Below, piece after piece: positions 8,533-17,159 of a stretch of 22,843 nt of DNA (the first letter of the stretch is position 1; each line of letters starts with the position of its first letter). The notes beneath the pieces were generated by a model. The model worked only from the letters and a program-made list of their open reading frames with translations, was not told the DNA's origin and did not search any database. The stretch is taken from contig CAKTSY010000007.1 of NCBI GenBank assembly GCA_934613415.1, forward strand, positions 1 to 22,843, read 5' to 3'. Origin of the DNA: an uncultured Opitutales bacterium (GTDB lineage: Bacteria; Verrucomicrobiota; Verrucomicrobiia; Opitutales; Intestinicryptomonadaceae). The position numbers and the translations under genes are program-made.

Positions 8533-8566
8533 CAAAAAAATGCGAACGGTTGCCCGCCCGCATTCT
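8533..8566 (-). terminator. Rho-independent terminator downstream of tpiA.
   Basis: On the minus strand the sequence reads AATGCGGGCGGGCAACCGTTCGCATT followed by TTTTTTTG. This is a GC-rich hairpin with a GCAA-type loop, about 20 nt after the tpiA stop. Confidence 0.75.
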
Positions 8567-8584
8567 TTTGCGTAAAAAAGGCTA

Positions 8585-9349
8585 TTAAGCCAATTTCTTA
8601 GCCGAGTTGATAAGGCTTTCGAAAGAGTCTGCCTTAAGAGCTGCGCCGCCGATTAAGCCGCCGTCGATGTCTTTTTGAGCCAAAAGATTGTCGGCATTTT
8701 CGGGTTTCATCGAGCCGCCGTAAAGAATCTGAATCTTTTCGGCTTCGGCACCAAACTGGTTGGCGAGCATTTTTCTGATTTCGGCGTGAACTTCCTGCGC
8801 CATTTCGGGAGTTGCGGTTTTGCCTGTGCCGATTGCCCAAACGGGTTCGTAGGCAATAACAACCTTCGAAGCGTCTTCAACCGAAACGTCTTTTAAGCCG
8901 CCTTCAACTTGCGCTTTAATAACGGCAATAGTTTCGTTGGCTTCGCGCTGAGCCAAAGTTTCGCCAACGCAGAGAATGGGCTTTAGGTTTGCAGCCAAAG
9001 CAACCTTTACCTTTTCGTTGATAAATTCGTCGCTTTCCTTGAAGTATTGGCGGCGTTCGCTGTGGCCCAAGATAACGTAGGTGCAGTGCAAAGCTCTGAG
9101 CATTTCTGCCGAAATTTCGCCCGTATATGCGCCGCTTGCCTTCGGGTAAAGGTTTTGCGCGCCGAGCTTTACGTTCGAAGAACCCAAGCCCCTAAGAGCC
9201 GATTCCAACGCCGTGAAAGTCGGGCAAATCAAAACTTCTACGCTGTTGTCAGAGCCTACTTTTTCGGCTATGGCTTTTGCCAATTCAAAGGCCTCGTCGG
9301 AGGTCTTGTTCATTTTCCAGTTGCCTGCAATAAGATATTTGCGTGCCAT
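8585..9349 (-). CDS. tpiA: Triosephosphate isomerase.
   Basis: 254 aa. Motifs are IAGNWKMN, VILGHSERR, AYEPVWAIGTGKTA and YGGS. Confidence 0.95.
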   Translation of the reverse strand: MARKYLIAGNWKMNKTSDEAFELAKAIAEKVGSDNSVEVLICPTFTALESALRGLGSSNVKLGAQNLYPKASGAYTGEISAEMLRALHCTYVILGHSERRQYFKESDEFINEKVKVALAANLKPILCVGETLAQREANETIAVIKAQVEGGLKDVSVEDASKVVIAYEPVWAIGTGKTATPEMAQEVHAEIRKMLANQFGAEAEKIQILYGGSMKPENADNLLAQKDIDGGLIGGAALKADSFESLINSAKKLA

Positions 9350-9377
9350 TTTATAATCTTTCTGTTTTGTGTTTAAA

Positions 9378-10631
9378 TTATTTGTCCTGAAGCGAAGCTA
9401 CGCCGGGAAGTTCCTTGCCTTCGAGGAATTCCAACGAAGCGCCGCCGCCTGTCGAAACGTGCGACATTTTGCTTGCCAGACCGCTTTTGTTTACGGCTGC
9501 AACCGAGTCGCCGCCGCCGATAATGGAAATGCCGCCGTTTGCCTTAACTTGTGCAACGGCTTCGCAAACGCCGAATGTGCCCTTGCTGAACTTTTCCATT
9601 TCAAAGCAGCCCATAGGCCCGTTCCATACAACGGTTTTTGCGCTCTTAATTGCGTTCGAGAACAGTTCAACCGACTTCGGGCCAATGTCGAGACCCATCC
9701 AGCCGTCGGGAATGTTCTTTTCTACAACCTGTGTATTTGCGTTCGGGTCGAACTTGTCGGCCGCAACGCTGTCGATGGGCAAAAGGAAGTTTACATTGCG
9801 TTCTTTTGCAAGAGCCATCATCTGTTTTGCGTATTCAATTTGGTCGTTTTCGCAAAGCGAGTTGCCTATGTTGTTGCCCAAGGCTTTCAGGAATGTGTAT
9901 GCCATACCGCCGCCTATTATAAGGGTGTCGACCTTGCCGAGGAGGTTTTTAACAACCGCCAATTTGTCGGAAACTTTTGCGCCGCCAAGTATTGCAACAA
10001 AGGGGCGAACGGGATTTTCTACAGCAGAACCGAGATATTCGATTTCCTTTTCCATCAAAAAGCCGGCAACCGAAACGGGAATGTATTTTGTGATAACGGC
10101 TGTTGAAGCGTGCGCTCTGTGGGCTGTGCCGAAAGCGTCGTTGCAGAAAATGTCGCCGTAAGATGCCAGCTTCTTGGCCAATTCTTTTTGCTGTTCTTTT
10201 AAAGCGGCTTTGCGTGCTTTAAAGTCTTCGTCGCTTTCGCCATCTTTTTGCTTGCACTTTGCCTGCTCTTCTTTGTGGTAGCGGGTGTTTTCAAGCATAA
10301 CAATGTCGCCGGGCTTCATAGCGGCAACTTCCTTGTCGGCGGCTGCGCAGTCGGGTACAAATGTTACGGGCTTGTCCAACATCTTCGAGAGATAGTCGGC
10401 AACGATTTTCATTGTAGTGTCGGGGGTAATGCCCTTTTCGTCGGGGCGACCCATGTGCGACATAAGAACAAGGCTGCCTCCCTGTTCGAGCACATATTTA
10501 ATGGAGGGCAATGCGCCCTTTATACGGGTGTCGTCTTTAATTTGACCCTCTTTTACGGGTACGTTAAAGTCGACGCGCATAACGACTTTTTTGCCTTTTA
10601 AGTCAACATCGCGGAGAGTTTTCTTGTTCAT
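9378..10631 (-). CDS. pgk: Phosphoglycerate kinase.
   Basis: Motifs are RVDFNVP, MSHMGRP, NDAFGTAHRAHAS, ILGGAKVSDK, WNGPMGCFE and STGGGASLE. I place the start at ATG 10631 (MNKKTLRDVDLKGKKV...), preceded by AAGGA. The 33-codon extension in the ORF track looks non-coding. The stop lies 28 nt upstream of tpiA. Confidence 0.93.
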   Translation of the reverse strand: MNKKTLRDVDLKGKKVVMRVDFNVPVKEGQIKDDTRIKGALPSIKYVLEQGGSLVLMSHMGRPDEKGITPDTTMKIVADYLSKMLDKPVTFVPDCAAADKEVAAMKPGDIVMLENTRYHKEEQAKCKQKDGESDEDFKARKAALKEQQKELAKKLASYGDIFCNDAFGTAHRAHASTAVITKYIPVSVAGFLMEKEIEYLGSAVENPVRPFVAILGGAKVSDKLAVVKNLLGKVDTLIIGGGMAYTFLKALGNNIGNSLCENDQIEYAKQMMALAKERNVNFLLPIDSVAADKFDPNANTQVVEKNIPDGWMGLDIGPKSVELFSNAIKSAKTVVWNGPMGCFEMEKFSKGTFGVCEAVAQVKANGGISIIGGGDSVAAVNKSGLASKMSHVSTGGGASLEFLEGKELPGVASLQDK

Positions 10632-10758
10632 TTGTATCCTTTTTTGGTTTTTAAATAAAAATATATATATGGGTAATTGTGTTTCGCATAAGCATTTTTG
10701 CAACAATTTTCTTGCGTTTTTAGGGTGCAAATTTCGATTTTTTGCAGTGTTTTAAAGG

Positions 10759-10781
10759 GTTTTAGTAAGGCTTAGTAAAAC
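10759..10781. promoter_or_regulatory. 23-bp near-perfect palindrome in the pgk upstream region; a candidate operator for a dimeric regulator.
   Basis: In GTTTTAGTAAG-G-CTTAGTAAAAC, 10 of 11 arm positions are complementary. It lies 128-150 nt upstream of the pgk ATG and downstream of the gap terminator. Its function is inferred only. Confidence 0.3.
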
Positions 10782-10929
10782 AGTTTTTGCAAATTTTGCG
10801 CAAAACAAAAGCCAAATTGCCCGAATTAGAAAACAGAAAAAATTTTTGCAAAAGCAAATGCGCCTCTCCAAAAGTTTGCAAAACAACCTTGCCCCAAAAA
10901 AAATAAAAGTCCAAAAAAAGAGCTTTGTT

Positions 10930-10975
10930 AAAAAAAACAAAAAAGAGGGCGGCAAAAACCGTCCTCTTTTTTTGT
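10930..10975 (-). terminator. Rho-independent terminator directly downstream of gap, separating gap from pgk.
   Basis: The minus strand reads GAGGACGG-TTTTTG-CCGCCCTC followed by TTTTTTGTTTTTTTT. The plus-strand stem arms are at 10945-10952 and 10959-10966. Confidence 0.8.
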
Positions 10976-10996
10976 AAGAATTCTAATTTCCCGTAA

Positions 10997-12106
<1,110 letters not shown>

Positions 12107-12133
12107 TTATAAAAGGTTTAATTTGTTATATTG

Positions 12134-12166
12134 CAAAAAACCCCGCAATTTTTTGGTTTTGCGGGG
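12134..12166 (-). terminator. Rho-independent terminator downstream of the LptA-like repeat gene.
   Basis: The minus strand reads CCCCGCAA-AACCAAAAAA-TTGCGGGG followed by TTTTTTG. The plus-strand arms are at 12141-12148 and 12158-12165. It begins about 27 nt after the stop at 12193. Confidence 0.8.
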
Positions 12167-12192
12167 CGTTGATTAAACTTTTGCTGCGCGCG

Positions 12193-14316
12193 CTATTGCT
12201 CGACTTTGCCGCCTATGGGGGGCAAAACAATGGTGGGCCTTTGGGTTGCTCCGTCGCCTTCTATGCTAACGCCCTGCCTACCTTTACGGTATATCATTCT
12301 ATAGCCTTGGGCCGTTGTGTTGCTTTCGGCGTCTACAACGCTTGGGTTTTCGCTTAAAGTTACGGTTTCCTCTTGCGGGAATATATCGGCGCGGCCGGCG
12401 GTAGCGGTTTTTTGCCCCTGCTGAATTTTCACGTCGCCTGTTGCCGTAATTTTTTCGATAGAATCTTTATTTCCCATAACGGTTTCTATCTTTTGGCAAG
12501 AAGCTTTTGTTTCGCCCGAAACAATCTCTACATTGCCCAAAAAGAAATATCTGTCTTTTTTGCCTTCAACCAAAGCTTGGGTGTCGCTTGTAATTGTTGT
12601 TTCTTTTGCCTGTTGGTTTGCGTCGGGGTTTAGGCCTATCCCCTTTAGGGGCGGCAAAATAACCGTGGGGCGCATTTGCGGCTTTTCGGGGTCGGTAAGC
12701 AATTCGGTAAAGGTGCGGTTGTCGCCTTTTTGGTCGTCGTTAATTTCCGCCTTGGGGTATATTTTTGCCCATTGCGCCGTTGCAGAATAGTTTTTGCTGC
12801 TTAATTTTATGTCGCCAAAGGCTTCAATCTTTTCTATTTGACCCTTATTTTTGCCGTCGTTTTTTGCCAAAACCGTCATCTTATTGCAAAGGGCGTTCGA
12901 ATCTTGCGAGGCAATCGAAACATTGCCCGAAAAGTCGAAAGTTGTTTTTTCGAGGCTTCTTGTTGCGGTAAGGCGGTCGGCCTTTATAAGTGCTTGCGAA
13001 AAGTTTTTGCCCTTGTAGGTTTTGCCCTTTGCCTTTTGCGCTATCTTTACTAAAACCTGTTTTTTGTCTTTGCAAAAGGCTTCGGCGCGGTTGTCGTTGC
13101 GGTATAAAACAACGTAGTCGCCCGAAACGCTAACGCCGCGGCTTAGGTCTTTTAAGGTTGCTTTGTTTTCCAGCGTAAGCCTGCCCGTTTTTGCCGAATA
13201 TTCAAAGCTTTGGGCGGTGGCGGTTTGTCCGTCTTTTTTTACCGAAACGCCGCCTTTGCCCCTTACAAACGAAAGCGTTTTCTTTTCGCCGTCTGCCGAA
13301 TTTTCGGTGTCGGCGGCTTCGGCTGTCATATTAGCGCAGTTAACAACAGCGTTGTCGGAAACCATTTTTACGTTGCCCGAAAAGTTGAATACCGCATTTT
13401 TGCCCGAGGCGTCCATAGAAATTTTGTCGGCGTAAATATCTACGTCTAGCGGTTTTTCGCCGTCTTTTTTTGTAAGAGATGCCTTTGCCTGTTTTTTGCC
13501 GCCAAAAGATTCTATTGTTTTTGCGGGTTTGTTAAGGGAAATTTTGTCGCCGAAAAGCTTTGTGCTGCTTTTTATGTCGGTAAGCTCGGCGTTGCCCGTC
13601 ATTGTGGCGGTTTCGGTTTTGGGGGTTAAAAGTATGTTGTCGGCAAGGGCGTCTTGCTCGTTTTTCCATACAATTTTAGCGTTGCCCGAAGCTTCTATAA
13701 ATTTTGCCTTTTTGCGCCCGGTTTCGCGCGATTTTTTGTCGGCGCAAACCGAAAGTTTTTCGCAGTCTATGTCGGCATCGGCACCGCGCATTTTAACTTT
13801 GCCGAAAAACGAAAATTTATTTTCGCTGCCGGCGTGGCAAAACGAGCCTTCTTTGCTTGTAATTACCGCGCCTTTGTCGGTTTTTTCGGGCGAGTCGTTA
13901 AATAAAATTTTTATTCCATTGTAAATTTTAACGGTTTTGCCGTTGCTTTGCCAAAGCCACGTTTTGCCCTCAAGGTTAAAGGCCTGGCCTTTTGCATACA
14001 GCATTCCGTCGCCGCCAGCCGATTTTGTTCGGGGGAAAACATCTGCAACCTTGCTTGAAATTTCGTAGTCTATGTTTCCTTTTTCGGAGCCGTCGAAAAT
14101 ATTAAGGCGCATATTGTCTACCAAAATTTTGTCGTCGGAAACATATTTTGCTTCGTCGCCGGTAATCTCCCAATCTCTATAGCCGCTTTTTTCGTCGAAA
14201 TTCGACACTTTAAAGCTTTTTGCGCTTACGGGAACAATGCCCGTTTGCGAAAATGCGCAGGGCAAAGAAAGTGTAAAAAGCCCGAAAAGGGCGGATAAAA
14301 TAAGAAAGTTTTTCAT
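12193..14316 (-). CDS. Exported multi-module LptA/OstA-like (beta-jellyroll repeat) protein of 707 aa.
   Basis: ATG 14316 overlaps the upstream stop (TAATG). The signal peptide is MKNFLILSALFGLFTLSLPCAFSQ. At least four repeats carry the OstA_N/LptA signature: F.GNV.(M/I)...... .C..(L/M).V ....I....G.V.(I/V). Examples are FFGKVKMRGADADIDCEKLSV...ASGNAKIVW, FSGNVKMVSDNAVVNCANMTA...GKGGVSVKK, FSGNVSIASQDSNALCNKMTV...AFGDIKLSS and FLGNVEIVSGETKASCQKIET...ATGDVKIQQ. An N-terminal LptC-like module precedes them. Confidence 0.6.
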   Translation of the reverse strand: MKNFLILSALFGLFTLSLPCAFSQTGIVPVSAKSFKVSNFDEKSGYRDWEITGDEAKYVSDDKILVDNMRLNIFDGSEKGNIDYEISSKVADVFPRTKSAGGDGMLYAKGQAFNLEGKTWLWQSNGKTVKIYNGIKILFNDSPEKTDKGAVITSKEGSFCHAGSENKFSFFGKVKMRGADADIDCEKLSVCADKKSRETGRKKAKFIEASGNAKIVWKNEQDALADNILLTPKTETATMTGNAELTDIKSSTKLFGDKISLNKPAKTIESFGGKKQAKASLTKKDGEKPLDVDIYADKISMDASGKNAVFNFSGNVKMVSDNAVVNCANMTAEAADTENSADGEKKTLSFVRGKGGVSVKKDGQTATAQSFEYSAKTGRLTLENKATLKDLSRGVSVSGDYVVLYRNDNRAEAFCKDKKQVLVKIAQKAKGKTYKGKNFSQALIKADRLTATRSLEKTTFDFSGNVSIASQDSNALCNKMTVLAKNDGKNKGQIEKIEAFGDIKLSSKNYSATAQWAKIYPKAEINDDQKGDNRTFTELLTDPEKPQMRPTVILPPLKGIGLNPDANQQAKETTITSDTQALVEGKKDRYFFLGNVEIVSGETKASCQKIETVMGNKDSIEKITATGDVKIQQGQKTATAGRADIFPQEETVTLSENPSVVDAESNTTAQGYRMIYRKGRQGVSIEGDGATQRPTIVLPPIGGKVEQ

Positions 14317-16685
14317 TAGCAATCAATCCAAAGCGAAAAAGACAGTGCGGGCAATTTTAAAATTTGCGCCGCTTTCAAGCGCGGGTGGGGTATGCCGTTT
14401 TCGTCAAATCTGTCGGTGTCGGCAATTTGAACAAAGTTTTCAAGGGCAAAGTCGTTTAAATCTAGGTAGGCGTTAAAGCCCGACGGGTTAAACGCCGCAA
14501 AAATTTTTGGGCACTTGCGCGAGGAATCGGCATTAAACAGTACGCCTACTGCATTTCTAATATCGTCTTTAAAGAATTTAAAGTAGCTTTCGTTAGGCTC
14601 GTTAAAAAGCCTTAGGGCTTCGGATTTTTCGGAAGCGCACCTAAATTTGGCAAAGTTTCTTAAAAACTCGCACGCGCCGGAATTTGTGCACGCCCTAAAA
14701 TAGTCTAGGGCGTTCTTTTCGCCGTCTAAATAGGTATTGTTTGCCCCGTATTTTGTGCGAACCGTGTCGAAGCCCTCGGCGAGCATGGGAATGCCGACCG
14801 AAGATAGTACAATGCAGTAGGCCAGTTTGTATCTGCGCAAATCTTCAAAAGTTGGGTTGTCGAAATTGTTCGAAATGCGGTCGAAAAATGTTTTGTCGTC
14901 GTGGCTTTCTATGTAGTTTACGGTTTGCGAGGGCCAGGCTGCCGTATATTTCGAGCCTCTTAAAAAGTAGCAAAGCCCGTCGGCGTTGCCGTGGCCTAAA
15001 ACATAGTCTTTAACAAATTCCCTAAAAGAATCGTTCCACGAAGCAAAGCCCGTGTTTTTAAGGCTTGTGCCCATATGGCCTCTAAAGCTCCAAGGCTCTG
15101 CAATAAGAACAACGTCGGGCTTAATTTTTTTTAAGCGTTTTTCTACATATTCTAGGCACTCTAGCCCCAAAAGCTCCGCCAAATCGAACCTAAAGCCGTC
15201 TATGCCGAATTTTTTTACAAAGTGTTCCAGACTTTCGGCGATAAGCCTTTTTGCCATAAAAGCCGACGCTCTCAAGTCGTTGCCGCAGCCGCTGTAGTTC
15301 ATATACGAATTGTCGGGCGCGCATTCAAAATAGTAGCTTTTGTCTATCCTTGCCAGCGAGTTTGGGCTGCCTGTGTGGTTGTATACAACGTCTAGTAAAA
15401 CGGCAAAGCCTTCATCGTGAAACGCCTGAACAAGTTCCGCAAATTCCTTTAGCTGCGAAAAGCTTTCGGGGTTTTCGGCATATGCGCTAGACGGCGAAAA
15501 CCAATTTACCGGCATATAGCCCCAGTGGTATTCTTCAACGGTTTTGTTGTCGAATTCCTGCAGGGGCTGAAATTCGACGCAGTTTGCCCCGCATTCCTTA
15601 AAATAGTTAAAACGCTCTTTTACATATTTGCGCATTGCCGAATATGTTGGGCGTTCGCCTTTTAGCGAGGCATTTTTTAATATGTCTTTTATGTGGGCTT
15701 CGACAATGCAAAGGTTTTGCCATTTTATAAGCTTAAAGGGCTTTGCATCTGGCATTAAATCGCGGTCTAGCACCAAGGCGGGCACTTTTTGCGGAAGAAC
15801 GGCAACGGCGTAGGGGTCTGCAATCTCCTCGTTAAAATCAAAGTCGCACTTGCCCTGTTGGTTGTCGCCCGAAATTTTGTAGGAATATAAATGGCCCGTT
15901 AAGTTGCCGTTAAATTCCGCTTTCCAAATTCCGTTTTTTTGCCTTGTAAGAGCGTATAATTGTGGTGCGTAATTTGCCTTTTCGCGCAGTACAAGCACAA
16001 CTGATTTTGCCCTGGGCGCAAAAATTGCAAACTGCGTTTTGCCGTCTTTTATGCTTACTCCCAGCTTGTCGCTTGGCGCCAACGAAAATAAAAGTTTTGA
16101 AGCGTCTACCAAAAGCGGGGGCGTTTTTGCCGAAAAAATTTCGCAAACTTCGCAAAAATTTGCCGTTTCCCTAAAGTGCGAAAGCAGAACATGCCTGCCG
16201 CCTTTGTCGTGTTGGGCCGTTAGGTTTACGTTTCCTTGTTCGTCTTTTTCGGCGTTTAGGGCAAAGCTTTGGGGCTGCAGCCACACGCCGTCGTTGCGCG
16301 CAAATTTAAAAGAAACCTTTTTTTGCGATGCAAAAACAATCTTTTCGTCCAGACAAATTTCAAGCAATTCGCCCGTGCCTTTAAGCTGCCAAGCGCTGTC
16401 GTTTATGGCGTTTTGCCAACCGTTAAAGTCGCCGCAAATGTAATATTTAAAAGCTTTGCCGTTTAAACCGGGGCAGTTTCTTTTATTTAGCACAAAGTGC
16501 ACTTTCCTGTTTTCTATATAGTAGCAGGAATAGTCTGCAAAAAGCTCTAGCGGGGCAAACGCCGTATGCAGCTTAAATGTGCGTTTGCCGTTTTTTAGGT
16601 AAAACTGGGGTATTGTATCGGCATTTTTCGACAATACATTTACTATTTGACGCTCGTTGCGCCACCATGCACTAACAAGTTTCAT
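14316..16685 (-). CDS. GH13 pullulanase / glycogen-debranching-type alpha-glucosidase with no signal peptide (predicted cytoplasmic).
   Basis: 789 aa. GH13 conserved regions are present: I LLDVVYNHTG, II GFRFDLAELLG, III VLIAEPWS, IV YIESHDD. A CBM48-like segment (TQFAIFAPRAKSVVLVL...NGIWKAEF...GHLYSYKI) precedes the barrel. ATG 16685 overlaps the upstream TGA (ATGA). Confidence 0.8.
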   Translation of the reverse strand: MKLVSAWWRNERQIVNVLSKNADTIPQFYLKNGKRTFKLHTAFAPLELFADYSCYYIENRKVHFVLNKRNCPGLNGKAFKYYICGDFNGWQNAINDSAWQLKGTGELLEICLDEKIVFASQKKVSFKFARNDGVWLQPQSFALNAEKDEQGNVNLTAQHDKGGRHVLLSHFRETANFCEVCEIFSAKTPPLLVDASKLLFSLAPSDKLGVSIKDGKTQFAIFAPRAKSVVLVLREKANYAPQLYALTRQKNGIWKAEFNGNLTGHLYSYKISGDNQQGKCDFDFNEEIADPYAVAVLPQKVPALVLDRDLMPDAKPFKLIKWQNLCIVEAHIKDILKNASLKGERPTYSAMRKYVKERFNYFKECGANCVEFQPLQEFDNKTVEEYHWGYMPVNWFSPSSAYAENPESFSQLKEFAELVQAFHDEGFAVLLDVVYNHTGSPNSLARIDKSYYFECAPDNSYMNYSGCGNDLRASAFMAKRLIAESLEHFVKKFGIDGFRFDLAELLGLECLEYVEKRLKKIKPDVVLIAEPWSFRGHMGTSLKNTGFASWNDSFREFVKDYVLGHGNADGLCYFLRGSKYTAAWPSQTVNYIESHDDKTFFDRISNNFDNPTFEDLRRYKLAYCIVLSSVGIPMLAEGFDTVRTKYGANNTYLDGEKNALDYFRACTNSGACEFLRNFAKFRCASEKSEALRLFNEPNESYFKFFKDDIRNAVGVLFNADSSRKCPKIFAAFNPSGFNAYLDLNDFALENFVQIADTDRFDENGIPHPRLKAAQILKLPALSFSLWIDC

Positions 16686-17026
16686 TTTTTTGCGCCGTCG
16701 CCCGGAGGGGGAAGAATGTCTACCTTTTCGTCGTCGTTAAATCTGAAAATTATTTCGTCCTGGCTAGTGTAGCCGAGTTTTTGCTTTATAAGGCGCTGCA
16801 CAAACCTGTCGTCGTGCAAAAGCTTTTCGTAGTATTCCGATTGGTACGCCAGCTCGTCTCTTAGCTTTTCTACCCTCTTTATAAGCGCGCTTTCGCGCTG
16901 CAAAAGCAGGCGGTTTTCGTCGGCTACGTTTTTTATGGCGACGGCAAAGGCGGCCGCCCCCGCCAATAGCAGGGCCGAAACCATTATTATCAACGCCAAA
17001 AGCGTATTTTCCTTTGATTTGGCCAT
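16682..17026 (-). CDS. ftsB: Septum-formation-initiator family protein (FtsB/DivIC-like), bitopic with a coiled coil.
   Basis: 114 aa from ATG 17026 (MAKSKENTLLALIIMVSALLLAGAAAFAVAI). One TM helix is followed by a coiled coil (LLLQRESALIKRVEKLRDELAYQSEYYEKL). The DivIC/FtsB-type tail is FVQRLIKQKLGYTSQDEIIFRF. The longer ORF-track version begins at a TTG (17113) and adds an implausible N-terminus. Confidence 0.6.
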   Translation of the reverse strand: MAKSKENTLLALIIMVSALLLAGAAAFAVAIKNVADENRLLLQRESALIKRVEKLRDELAYQSEYYEKLLHDDRFVQRLIKQKLGYTSQDEIIFRFNDDEKVDILPPPGDGAKK

Positions 17027-17159
17027 AAGTTTGAATTTTTCTATTGCCGAATATTGTATCTTTTTGGTGTGTCTGTAAATAAAATATAAAAATATGTTGA
17101 ACTTTTTGCCCAATCAATAAATAATCAGACACTTTTATAAAAAACGGCTATTACAGATT

